64,000 nucleotides of DNA. Source: the human T2T-CHM13v2.0 reference genome, Homo sapiens. Where the stretch lies: the NCBI RefSeq assembly GCF_009914755.1, contig NC_060928.1; one strand, written 5' to 3'. Numbering within the stretch: the stretch's first letter is position 1; each line of letters opens with the position of its first letter. Positions 11,394 through 24,720 of the stretch are shown here, piece after piece. The notes below the pieces were generated by a model. The model made no database searches. It had not been told where the DNA came from and worked only from the letters and a program-made list of their open reading frames with translations. The position numbers and the translations under genes are program-made.

Positions 11394-13737
11394 AAGGCAT
11401 ACCTCATAGATATTGCAGGTTCAAGTATAGACCATTGAAATAAAGTGAATATTGCAATGAAGCAAGTCACACAAAATTTTGGTTTCTCAGTGCATATAAA
11501 TGTATGCTTACTACATACTGTAGTCCATAAGGGTGCATTAGCATTATGCCTAAAAACATGTACATAGCTTAATTTAAAACTATTTTATTGCTGAAAAAGG
11601 CTAATGACCATCTGAGCCTACAGAGAGCTGGAATCCCTTTACTGGTAGAGAATCTCACCTCAATATTGATGGCTGCTGACTGATTAAGGTTCTGGTTACT
11701 GAAGGCTGGTGTATCTGGGGCAATTTCTTAAAATAAGACAGTGAAGTTTGCCACATCAATTGAGTCCTCCTTTCATGAAAGGCTTCTGTGTAGCATGCAT
11801 TGCTGTGTGGTAATATGTTATCCACAGTAGAATATTTTTTCAAATTGAAGTCAATGCTCTCAATCCCTGCTGCAGCTTTATCAAATAAGTTTATGTAATG
11901 TTCTAAATCCTTTTTTTATTATTTCAACAATGTTCACAGCATCTTTACCAGAAGTAGATTCCATCTCAAGAAACCACTTCCTTTGGTCAGCCACAAGAAG
12001 CAGCTCCTCATCCATTCATGAGATTGCAGCAATTCAGTCACATTTTCAGGCTCTGCTTCTAATTCTAGTTCTCTTGCTATTTCTACCGCCTCTGCAGTTG
12101 ATTCCTCCACTGAGGTCTGGAACCCCTCAAAGTCATTCATGAAGGTTGGGATCAATTTCTTCCACACTCCTGTTAATGTTGATATTTGGACATTGCCCCA
12201 TGAATCAAAAGTGTTCTTAATGGCTTCTGGAATGGTGCATTTTTTCTAGACAGCTTTAATTAACTATGACCACATTAATTAGAGGAATCACTATCTATAC
12301 AACTTCTAGCATTATGAAATGTATTTCTTATATAACAAGACTTGAAAGTTGAAATTACTCCAGGATACATGTGCTGCAGAATGGATACTGTGTTAGCAGG
12401 CATGAAAACAATGTTAACTCCTTGTATGTCTCCATCAGAGCTCTTCCATGACTAGCTGTATTGTCAATGAGCAATAATCTTTTCAAAGTAATCTTTTTTC
12501 CTAAGCAGTAGGTCTCAATAATGGGCTTAAAATATTCAGTTAACCATGCTGTAAACAGATATGCTGTCATCCAAGCTTTGTTTTTCCATTCTTAGACCAC
12601 GGACCAAGTATATTTAGCATAATTCTTAAAGGCACTAGGATTTTTGAAAGATATAAGCATTGTCTTCATCTTAAAAGTAATCAGCTGTATTCACCCCTAA
12701 CAAAACAGTCAGCCTGTCCTTTGAAGCTTTGAAGCCAGGCATTGACTTCTCCTCTGTAGTTATGAAAGTCCTAGATGGCATAAGACCTATTAGTATATAT
12801 CAAAAAGCTATTGGTTTTGTAACCTTTATCAATTATCATAGCCAGGTCTCCTGAAAAACTTGCTGCAGCTATTCCATCAACACTCATGGCTTCGTCTTGC
12901 TCTTTTATTTTATGGAAATGGCTTCTTTTCTTAAACCTCATGAACCAACCTCTGTAACTTAAAACTTTCCTTCTGCAACTTGCTTACCTCTTTCGCCATC
13001 ATAGAATTGAAGAGAGTTGAAGTCTTGCTCTGGGTTAGGTTTTGGATTAAGGGAATGTAGCAGCTGGTTAGCCCTTCTATCCAGAACACTCAAACTTCCT
13101 CCATATCAGCAATATAGCTGTTTTGCTTTCTTATCTTTTGCGTGTTTGCTGGAGTAGTAAACTTAACTTACTTTAAGAACTTTTCCTTTGCAGTCACAGC
13201 TTAGTGAACTGTTTGGTACAAGAGGTCTAACTTTCAGCTGATCTCAACTTTCGACATGACACTATGTTTAATGATTTCTAGTTTTTGATTTTGAATTAAA
13301 TTGAGAGATATCATTTTACTTAAACACTAACTGGTCATTGTAAGGTTATTAATTAGCCTAATTTTAAAATCATTGTGTTTCAAGGAATAGGAAGACTTGA
13401 GGAGGAGAGAAATGGAAAAAGGGTCAATTATTGGAGCAGTCAGAACACACATTTATCCATTAATTTTGCCATTGTATCTGAAGTTGGTTTGTGGCACCCC
13501 CAAAACAATTACAACAATAACATCAAAGATCACTGATCAGAAATCATCACAAAAGATACTATAATCATGAAAAATTTTGCAATATTTGGAGAATTACCAA
13601 AATGTGACACAGAGACACAAAGAAAGCACATGTGTTGGAAAAATGGCACCAATAGATTTACTTGATGCAGGACTACTACAAACCTTCAATTTGTAAAGTG
13701 TAATAACTGTGAAACACAACAAAATGGAATATGACTG
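11394..13737 (-). mobile_element. Tigger1 DNA transposon, near full length, transposase disrupted
   Basis: Degenerate TIRs with TA flanks; minus-strand ORFs 12355-12570 ([15 protein letters not shown]...LLLIDN) and 11934-12167 (WKKLIPTFMNDFEGF...ELELEAEPENVTELLQSH) are pogo/Tigger1 DDE transposase remnants. Confidence 0.95.
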
Positions 13738-14048
13738 TACATCTTTTAATATAGGCTCAATTCAAATACATTAATTTGATATTAAATTAAAATCCTAAAT
13801 ATTTTACAATTTGAAATCAAATTTTGAACAGCACTTATCCCTGTCCTTCAAATTTTATAAAACATAGTCTACATTATTAACAAGGACATTTTCAAAGGTT
13901 ATTTACTAATGACAATTTAGATACAGAGCTATGCTTCAGTAACAGCTGTGTTTGTATAAAACATCTCATGAAAATGTTATTTTATCATCATTTGTGTTTC
14001 TAAATTATGACAGTAGAAATATTTTGGGATATTTTAAGATATTGTGGC

Positions 14049-15900
14049 TGATATGGTTTGGCTGTATCTCCACCCAAATCTCACCTTGAATTGTAATAAT
14101 CCCCATATGTCAAGGGAAGGGCCAGGTGGAAATAATCGAATCATGGGGGCAGTTTCTCCCATACTGTTCTCATGGTAGTGAATAAGTCTCACCAGATCTG
14201 ATGGTTTTATAAATGAGAGTTCCCCCGCACAAGCCCTCTTGCCTGCCACCATGTAGATGTAACTTTGCTCCTCGTTCATCTTTGGCCATGATTGTGAGGC
14301 CTCCCTAGCTGTGTGGAATTAAACCTCTTTCATTTTTAAATTATGTCATCTCAGGTATGTCTTTATTAGCAGTGTGAGAACAAATTAATACAGTAAATTG
14401 GTAATGGGGGTGGGGTGCTGCTGTAAAGATACCCCAAAATTGGAAGCGACTTTGGAACCATTTGGAGGGCTCATAAGAAGATAGGAAAATGTGGAAAAAT
14501 TTGGAACTTCTTAGAGACTTGCTGCACGGCTTTGACCAAAATGCTGTTAGTGATATGGATGATAAGTCCAGGCTGAGGTGGTCTCAGATGGAGATGAGGA
14601 ACTTGAGAACTGCAGTAAAGGTCACTCTTGCTATGCAAAGAGACTGGTGGCATTTTGCCCCTGCCCTAGAGATCTGTGGAACTTTGAACTCGAGAGAGAT
14701 GATTTAGGGTATCTGGCAGAAGAAATTTCTAAGTGGCAAAACATTCTAAAGAAAGCAGAGCATACAAGTTGGGAAAATTTGCAGCCTGACAATGCAAGAG
14801 AAAAAAAAAAAAACAATTTTCTGGGGACAAATTCAAGCCAGCTGCAGAAATTTGCATAAGTAATAAGAAGTAAAATGTTAATCACCAAGACAATGGGGAA
14901 AATGTCTCTTCCGGGCATCCTCTCCTGGAACAGGCCCAAAAGCATGGGAGGAAAAAATGATTTCATGGGCCGGGCCCAAAGCCTCCCTGCTGTATGTAGC
15001 TTAGGGACTTGGCATTCTGCCTCCAAGTTGCTCTAGCCATGGTTAAAAGGGGCCAAGGTACAACTGGGCCTTAGCTTCAGAATGTGCAAGCCCCAAGCCT
15101 GGGCAGCTTCCATGTGGTGTTGAGACTGTGGGTACACAGAAGTTAAGAATTGAGGTTTGGAAACCTCCGCCTAGATTTCAGAGGATGTATGGAAATGCCT
15201 GGATATCAGGCAGAGGTTTGCTGCAGTGGGTGGGGCCCTCATGGAGAGCCTCTGCTAGGGCAGTGCAGAAAGGAAATATGGGGTTGGAGGACCTGCACGG
15301 AGTGTCCACTGGGACACTGCCTATTGGAGTTGTTAGAAAAGGGCCACCGCCCTCCAGACTCCAGAATGGTAGACCCACTGAGAGCTTGCATCGTGTGCCT
15401 GGAAAGGCCACAGACACTCAATGCCAGCCCATGAAACCAGCCAGGAGTGGAGGGCTGTACCTTGCAAAGCCACAGGGGTGGAGCTGCCCAGGCTTGGGAG
15501 TCACCATGACCTGGATGTGAGACAAGGAGTCAAAGGAGATTATTTTGGAGCTCTAAGATTTGCCTGCCCCACTGGATTTTGGGTTAGCTTGGGGCCTGTG
15601 GCCCCTTTATTTTGGCCAGTTTATCCCATTTGGAATGGGTGTATTTACCCAATGCCTGTACAACCATGATATCTAGGAAGTAACTAACTTGATTTTGATT
15701 TTACAAGCTCATAGGCAGAAGGGACTCATAGGCAGGTGTCCCCACCTAAATCCTACCTGGAATTGTAATAATCCCCATATGTCAAGGGCCAGACCAGGTG
15801 GAGACAATTGAATCACGAGGGCCATTTCCCCCATGCTGTTCTCGTGAGAGTAAATAAGTCTCACGGTATCTGACGGTTTTATAAATGGGAGTTCCCCTGT
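14049..15900 (+). mobile_element. THE1B-like MaLR provirus: 5' LTR 14049-14392, internal 14393-15735, truncated 3' LTR 15736-15900
   Basis: LTR TGATATGGTTTGGCTG...TAATACA then GTAAATTGGTA internal start; ORFs at 14489-15669 are THE1-int remnants. Confidence 0.94.
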
Positions 15901-16231
15901 ATATATGAGAGTGCCAAAATGCATTTTCAAGTTGAAGACTAATGATTAATTGTATTATTTAATATTATGAAATTTTGTCCTATAGAGTCCTTGCTCACCT
16001 CTAAAAACTCTTTCACTTAGTGTGCACCTGCATCCAACCAAAGAGATGCTATCCATGTGGTATGGTTATTTAAAAAGAGAAATATAGATGATAGAATGCA
16101 TAAATGTAGCATAAGTGAAATTTTTAAATAATACAATGTTTGAAAAGCCATCAATTCAGGCAAAGTTAATCCAAAAAACTGATAATATCTATGTGTAAGG
16201 CAGCATATATTTTTAAAAAGTTGTATGAGGT

Positions 16232-16599
16232 ATAGTCTCCGTCTGTATTCTGCTGCTATAACAATTCCACGGACTGGGCAATTTATAAACAACAGACGTC
16301 TAAATGGCTGACATTTCTGGAGTCTGGGAAGTCCAAGAGCATGGTGTTGGCATCTGCCGGAGGTCACCCCATGGCAGAAGGTGGAGGACAGGAGTGAGCA
16401 CACGAGACAGAGAGGGAAGGGAGTTGAACTCAAGCTTCTTAGGAGGAAGCCATGCTCATGATAACGGCATTAATCCATTCACAAGGGCAGAGCCCACATG
16501 TCCTAATCACTGCTTTAAAAACCCACCTCCCAATAGTGTTACAATGGCAGTTAAGTTTTCAACGTATGAACTTTCACGGTATACATTCAAACTATAGCA
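16232..16599 (-). mobile_element. MST/MLT1A-type MaLR LTR
   Basis: GCTGCTATAACA...CTGGGAAGTCCAAGAGCATGGTG...TTCAAACTATAGCA antisense LTR pattern. Confidence 0.85.
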
Positions 16600-16711
16600 G
16601 ACAGAGTACCCACTTTTAAAAAGAGGGTAAGGTAAAATTAAATTTTTCAAAGTCTAAATCTGCAAAACTAACATTTTTTTTTACATGAGAGATAATTTTT
16701 GAACATAGAAT

Positions 16712-17630
16712 CTAATCATTCTGGAAATGCAAATCAAAATCACAATGAAATGTTACCTTACACTTTTTAAGGAGACTATTATAAAAGAGAAGAGATAACA
16801 AATGTTGGCAAGAATGTGGTGAAAAGAGAACTCTCATACACTGTCGGTGGAATTGGAAATTCATGTGGCCATTATGAAAACCAGTGTGGAGGTTCCTCAA
16901 AAATTTTAAAAAACAAACCCAAACTACGATGGGATCTAGCAATGCCACGTCAGAGTACATATTCAAAGAAAACAAAACCAGTATGTTGAAGAGATATCTG
17001 CACTCCCGTTATTGCAGAATTATTCACAATAGTCACAATACAGAAAACAACTTAAGTGTCTGTTGAAAAATGAATGAATAAGAACAACATGGTAATATAG
17101 ACAATGGAATATTATTAAGCCATGAAAAAAGAAGGAAATTCTACCATTTGCAACAGCATGGACAAAACCAGAGGATTTTATGCTAAGTGAAATAAGCCAG
17201 ACAATGAAGACAAATACTGTCTCACTCGTATGTTGAATCTAAAAAAATTCAAACTTCTGGAAGCAGAGAGTGGAACAGTAGTTTCCAGAGGTTAAAAAGG
17301 GGGAAATGGGGACATGTTGGTCAAAGAGTACAAACTTTCAGTTATAAGATGAATATGTTCTGAGGACCTCATGTACAGCATGGTGGCTAGAATGAACAAT
17401 ACTGTATTGCATTGTACACTTGAAATTTGCTAAAAGAGTAATCTTAATAGTTTTACCCCCTCCCCAAAAAATTAACTATATAAGGTGATGAAAGTGTTAA
17501 TTACCTGGATTATGGTAATCATTTCACAATTTTTACATATGTCAAATCATCACATTGTACTCTTTAAATATATATAATTTCATTTGTCAATTATAAACTT
17601 AATAGAACTGAAAAAATTAAAAAAACTCAA
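16712..17630 (+). mobile_element. L1MA-type 3' end (L1MA8/9-like)
   Basis: GAAATGCAAATCAAAATCACAATGA ORF2 end; TCAGTTATAAGATGAATA 3'UTR; A-rich tail. Confidence 0.88.
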
Positions 17631-19475
17631 AGTGCGTTAGTGAGCAGAGGGCTCATACCGAGACTGCAAACTCTTTCCACGTGTGCGCTGAACTTCATTT
17701 TTTCTTTAACTTCACCCTTCACTTTTCTGAGAGCTTGTCTCATCCCCTCTTCTATGTGTAATGCTACTCATCCCTTTACTATAATAGAATCTCTTGTCAT
17801 AAACAAACACAAATTATTTATTTTGAGTTTCTTGCCATCGACCTCCTCAAAATAGAAATATATGCATTTAGAAATAAGAAATAGACACAGAGATTAGTAA
17901 ATTGGCATTCATAAGGTCACAAAACCATTGCATTCTTTAGCCCTGACTTAAATACAAGTCATATTTCTGGCCAATTCAATAGTTTTATCCAGACAGTGTT
18001 TGTTAATCAAATAATATAACCATGAAGGTGGTTGCTTAGGTTCAAACATCACCTGCACAAATGCAGGTACAGGCTGGGGAAAACCTATCATGATTGTGGT
18101 CACTTTGATAGCCCTGAAGGGCTGAGTGTCCAGAATTTATAAACCTGTAATCTTTCTGAACCTCAAATCTGGTTTATCATCACTGGTGGCAGAATTGAGA
18201 TCATTTTACTTAATTATTGAGAAGCCAATGTTATTGGTGATGGCTTTGTGTTTCTAGCCCACAAACTGAAATACATAGGTTATTGGAGGAAGGACAAGCC
18301 CCAGAACCTCTCCAATGTCACGGGAATGATAAAAATTTAATCACTTTTGCTGATAGAAACTTTTGATTGTCTCCTTTGTTTCACCACTTTACTCCTATTT
18401 TCCTTCAAGCCACAATATCAAAACAGAAGCATAGCTATTAGTAACTATTTTTGTAAGCTCTTCCAAATATTTTTTCCTGTTTCATTGGAATAATACCACT
18501 GAGTATACAGCCACAGCCATCCATAAATCACAGAAGGCTTCCCAAGACTTCCACAAAATATTGAATTTATTTCTTAGTGTGTTAATATACTTTTAAACAT
18601 TATAAAACTTGTACTTATTGTTCTTAACCTTTCTTTCCTATTAGAAAATCTTTCCAAAATTATGCTAATGATTGTGGAAAGAAATGGAGATAAATAAGAG
18701 TCCAGACTGAGTAGTCTCATTGCTGAAAATTCTTAATAATTAAAGCAGTCTGGCATCACTAAGCTTACATTAGAAACACAAGAAGTTAATTTTTAAGTAC
18801 AAAAGATATCACTTCAAATATTTCCAGTCATCCATGAATGTCATTCTGATTACTTAACAAACAAAAGTTAGAGTATAAATTTTTTACTAATGAATAATGT
18901 GCAAAATACATTTTACTGTTGATGGTAACAGCTATTAACATTTCCCTATGAGAGACAGCTCCGTGTATATGTGTGTAGAAACTTTTAAAAAAGAAATATT
19001 GCTAAAATGAGGAATATTTCTATCAGAACTTAAATAAAATTCTTCTGAATCTCAAAAAAAATCAAAAGTGAAGATAACCTCAATAAACAAAAACATAGAA
19101 GAAATAATGAGAAATTTTTAGCTTGTTCAATTATGTTAAAGTTTTCCCTTTGATTAAAGGAGAAATATTAAGATTATCTCAACTGTTTGAAACGTATACA
19201 GATTAACAGGCATAATATATAACGTCTTCCTCTCATTTACTGCAATGTTTTACAAATCAGATGGAAATCTGATTATTTCACAAATCAGATGGAAATCTTT
19301 TTACACAATTTCTGCAAATACATTGATCAATCACTATTTGAAATATTTATTTTTTAATAGACTCATTGTATATTTTATAAATCCTAGCTTTAAGATAAAA
19401 TAATTTTCATGAACTTGAAAAACATCAAATAAGAATGTCTTAATAATGTGATTACGTTAAAAGAGGTACTTTTAG

Positions 19476-19832
<357 letters not shown>

Positions 19833-20149
19833 TAACATTTAAGAAAATATTTGTAACTATTAAGAATAAATTGTTTCATAGTATAAGAGAATTCCAACAA
19901 GTATCATAGAAAAAAGAAAGTATTACCAAGTGATGTATCTAATGATGTTGACACACACGAAAACTCAAATTTCACATTGCATTTGTGAGAGTATAAATTG
20001 TCTCCTACCAATATAATTGTTTCCATATTAAGTCAATAACATTAATTTCATTAGTTACTATAGCTCATCCAGATGTCATAGTACTCCCTGAATATCCCTC
20101 TAAGGACATTCAGATAATAAACTATACCGACATTTCAAATATTCTTTTT

Positions 20150-21200
20150 ACAATGACATATTTCAAACATAAAAGCAAATATAAGGATAACTACTCTAAC
20201 TCTATATCCATCAACCAGTTAAAAACAAATCTGATCATTTTTGATATTTCTCTAAGATGTTTTTTACAAAAATGAAACAGAGTAGTTGAGGTCAGCTTTT
20301 ACTTCCCATATACTTTGCAATTTCATTCTTATCCATTCCCGGAGGAAATCTCCATTTTGTGTTTATTGTATACTGTTTTTATACAGCTCTATTTATACAT
20401 ATACACAAACACTAATATTGTATAAATTGATTTTAATTGGAATTCTAATATAAACAGAATTACCCTGAACTTACATTTTTTGAGTCTTGCATTTGAAATC
20501 TCCCAATGTTGATATTTGTTTGTTTAATTCAAATGCAATATTTTAATTTATTGTATAACAACATCTCCATTGATTTCCTTATTCTCCCTTTAGTGGCTAT
20601 CATGGTTTCTACACATTGTTAATAATGTTAGAGTTAGTGACATACATACGTTTGAGTATTTATCCAGAATTGGAATTGCTGGCTTATAACCTATGCATCT
20701 CTTCTGCTTCTCTAGATTTTACCAACTTGCCTTCTAAAGTGATTGACAAATTCATATTCCAACCAATGTGAGAATTCTTACATTTCTATGTATTGGGATA
20801 AATAACCTTTTGAATTCTTGCCTAAAGGAGGGATTTCATTTTCTTAAATGTGCTTTCTTTCTTTCTTAATGAGATTAAGCATTATGTATGTGCTATAGAT
20901 ATTATGTATGTGCTATAGATATAGCACATAAATTCAGGTATATAAATTTGAGTGGCTTATTCGTAGTATTTGTCCATATGTCTATGAGTGTTTTTTTTAT
21001 TATTACTCTTTTGGCATTCTTATTTTCTGTTTTCTGTTTCTTTATTAATTACACATGTTATAAATACATTCTTCCATTCTCCACTTATTTTTTTGCCTTT
21101 TTATGGTGTCTGAATTTTAAATGTTACTCTCTAGATTTTCACCTTTCCTCCTTCTGAATACATTTATTTATCAACCTGAAATTATTTTTTAATTTGAACA
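20150..21200 (-). mobile_element. Old L1ME-like 3' fragments
   Basis: CCAGAATTGGAATTGCTGG...TTCCAACCAATGTGAGA degenerate antisense L1. Confidence 0.55.
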
Positions 21201-22098
21201 ATTATCAATAGCAATAATTGCAAACTCTTTATAATAAAAACTTCAAGAGTTACTCTCTGACCACCACTGCTGTCTTTCCAACTCCATCCCCAATGCCAGC
21301 TACCCTTTATCCTTACTGGGGATCCTTCTAGCTCTCTTCCTTTATATACTGTCTTACCATTTATATATTCTGTAATGTCCAAGATCCCCTTTTGTAATAA
21401 ATTAATTGTATATATCCCTAACAATCTTTCTCCTCTCTCTTTTCATGTTGGTTGTTTGGGTAAAACACAACCATAGTTAAAATCCAATTCTCTAGCTGAA
21501 TGTGGCTAGAAATAAATGAAAAATCATGTTAAATATCCTCACTTAAATGAAAGACAAATAACTTCAAGTTGACTCTCCATGAGTTTTATATCGTTTCCAA
21601 ATATTTGCAGATTTTCTAGATATCTTTATGTTATTAATTCATAATTTAACTGCATTATACTTAAGGAACATATTTTGTAATAATTATATTATCTAAAATT
21701 TATTGATTTTATGGCCCATAATATAGTCTGTCTTGGTAAATGTTCTGTATGCACTTGATAAGAATGTGTATCCTTCAATTGTTTAGTGGAATGTTCTATA
21801 AAATGTCAATTACAAAGTGTTGGTGGATAGAGTTTTCAAGTACTCTATATCCTCACTGATTTTCTGTCTACATGTTCTATCAATTATTTTGAGATTAGTG
21901 TTGTGGGATTGTCTATTTATGCTTTCAGTTTTATCACTTTTTGCTTTATATATTTTAAATTTCTGCTACTTGTAAGCAATGCTTAGAATTTCTATGTTTT
22001 CCTAATAAATTGGCCACATTTTCATTATCCTCTTTATCTCTGTTACTATTGTTTGTTTTGAAAAATACCTTGCTATTAATATAGCCACCTTGAATGTT

Positions 22099-22417
22099 TT
22101 TTTCTTTTTTCTTTTTTCTTTTTTTTGAGACGGAGTCTCGCTCGGTCCCCCAGGCTGGAGTGCAGTGGCATGATCTCGGCTCACTGCAAGCTCCGCCTCC
22201 GGGTTCACGCCATTCTCCTGCCTCAGCCTGCCCAGTAGCTGGGACTACAGGCGCCCACCACCACGCCCGGCTAATTTTTTTTTTTTTTTTTGTATTTTTA
22301 ATAGAGACGGGGTTTCACCGTGTTAGCCAGGATAGTCTCGATCTCCTGACCTCGTGATCCGCCCGTCTCGGCCTCCCAAAGTGCTGGGATTACAGGCGTG
22401 AGCCACCGCGCCCGGCC
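22099..22417 (-). mobile_element. AluY
   Basis: GCAAGCTCCGCCTCCGGGTTCACGCCATTC and GATCTCCTGACCTCGTGATCCG; CpG-rich; TSD TTGAATGTT. Confidence 0.96.
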
Positions 22418-23059
22418 TTGAATGTTATTTTCATCGGTATTAGCATAGTGTATCCATTGACATTCTTACACTTTTTGCATCCTTACACTTTTTCCATCCA
22501 ACCTATTTACATCTTTATAAAGTAGATACCTTACAGGCAGCCAGTTATTAATGCTTGCTTTTAATTTCAGTATGACAATCTTTGTGTTTAATTGTTTAGA
22601 CCATTTACTTGTAATTATTGATAGGGTTATGTTTAAATTTACCATCTTATTATTTGTTTTTTTTTCTTTGTCCCATCATTCTTTGTTCCATTTTCTCATT
22701 TTTCTGCCTATTTTGGATTAGTATTTTCTTATTATTCTGTTTTATTTCCTGTATTGACTTTCTATCTATGAGTCTTTCGTATTATTTTTGTAGTTGCTAT
22801 AAAGTTTAGGGTACACATTCTAACTTCTCACAATCTATTTTCAAATATACTATGCCACTTAACATACAGTGTATCTTTACAAGAGTATACTTCCATTTAG
22901 CCCTTCAAAGCTTTTATACTGTTGTATATTTTATTTCAATAGATGTTGTAAATTCCACAATACATTGTGTTATCCTTTTTGTAAGAAGTGAATTATATTT
23001 TAATTATTTAAATAATAAAAATAAATATTTATATTTGCTAACGAAGCTACTATTTTTGA

Positions 23060-23308
<249 letters not shown>

Positions 23309-23999
23309 TAACAATTCTTTCGATGAAAGTCATCTTGTGATGAAGTTTTTTGGTTATCTATGTTTGTATAGATCTTTGTTTTGCCTTCATTTTCTAAAAT
23401 TTATTTTCTCTTAGTAAAGGATTATAAGGTGACTTTTCCTTTTTGCCCCAGTACTTTAAAGATGTTGTACTATTATCTTCTTACTTGCACTGGAATATCT
23501 TTGGCCATTATATATTTAAATGTGTCTACCCAATTCCTCCCTCTCTATGGAACTCTAATACCCATATATTTGGTTGCTTGCAGTTGTTCCACACTTTACC
23601 AATGCTCTGTTTATTTTTTTTCATTCAGTCCTTTTTCTTTCCATTTACTTTTTGATAGTTTTTTTTTTTACTATGCCTTCAATTGTATTACTTTGTAATT
23701 TATTTCATATATCACATTAATATGTTTATTCTTTAATCTAGTTTCTTGATGGGATATAGGATACAGTTAGTTTTAAAGTCCTGATCTAGTAATCCTGCCA
23801 TCTGTATCATTTCTGAGTCAATGTTAATCGATGTTTTTTTCTCCTCTTCTGGCTATGGGTTATAGTTTCCTGCCTTTTTGACTGATTCATAGTTTTTGAT
23901 TGGGTGTCAGATGCTATACATTTTACCTTGTATGTCCCAGATATATTTTGCAGTCCTATAAAAATTTTTGAGCTTTATTTGCTAAATGCAAATGGGAAC

Positions 24000-24304
24000 A
24001 TAAATACTCGGGAGAAATCTTTGCACATATAAAAGAAGAGACATTTACAAAAATGATCATAGCAGCACTCTCCACAGAACAAAAGTATGGAAGAACTTAA
24101 AATAGGAGAGTAGGTGCATCAACACTAGGATAGTCGCTCAATAATGCAAGATTATGTGGCAAAGTGAATGGATTATATGGCATCCAAAAACATCAATAGA
24201 TCTTACTAATATAACTTACAGTCTGTAAAAAAATAAAAGAGAAATTTGATTCTTAAGTATTATAATTTTTTTCTCAGCTACCAAGCCCAACTGAGCAGAA
24301 TACT
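24000..24304 (+). repeat. Inverted duplication, copy 1 (partly old L1ME-like sequence)
   Basis: Reverse complement of 26628-26932 with about 5 substitutions. Confidence 0.97.
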
Positions 24305-24684
24305 TCAATAATTTCTGAATGCCCTCAGGATCACACATTGAAACACAAATATGAATAAGAAAATGGACTTTCAACAATTCTAAGAAAAAAATACTTTGTT
24401 AAGAAAGATCTATTTCATTCATTCAGAGAAAAAGATTATCTTACTAAGCTCTTTAGCTCCTAAATCCCTCCCTGAAGTACAAATCAGAGTCTATCTTCAA
24501 CAAGGGTGGAAGCATAAAATACAAAAGTCATGGCATTTGAACATAGTAAATTTTTGTTTGAAGACAATGGGCAAGAAATTTTAGAAATATTTTTCTGGGC
24601 CTGAAGGTCTATAAGTTGCATTGATCCATCATTGCTTACTGAATCCCAGTGCCAGAGATGTTAATATCATTTTTAAAATACCTT

Positions 24685-24720
24685 TGTGTGTGTGTGTGTG
24701 TGTGTGTGCACGCGTGTGTG
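24685..24720. repeat. (TG)n microsatellite / alternating purine-pyrimidine tract
   Basis: (TG)12 CACGCGTGTGTG. Confidence 0.95.

Noticed and set aside
14489-15669. Cluster of 70-130 aa ORFs
   Set aside because: Fragments of the decayed THE1 internal region, not a host gene.
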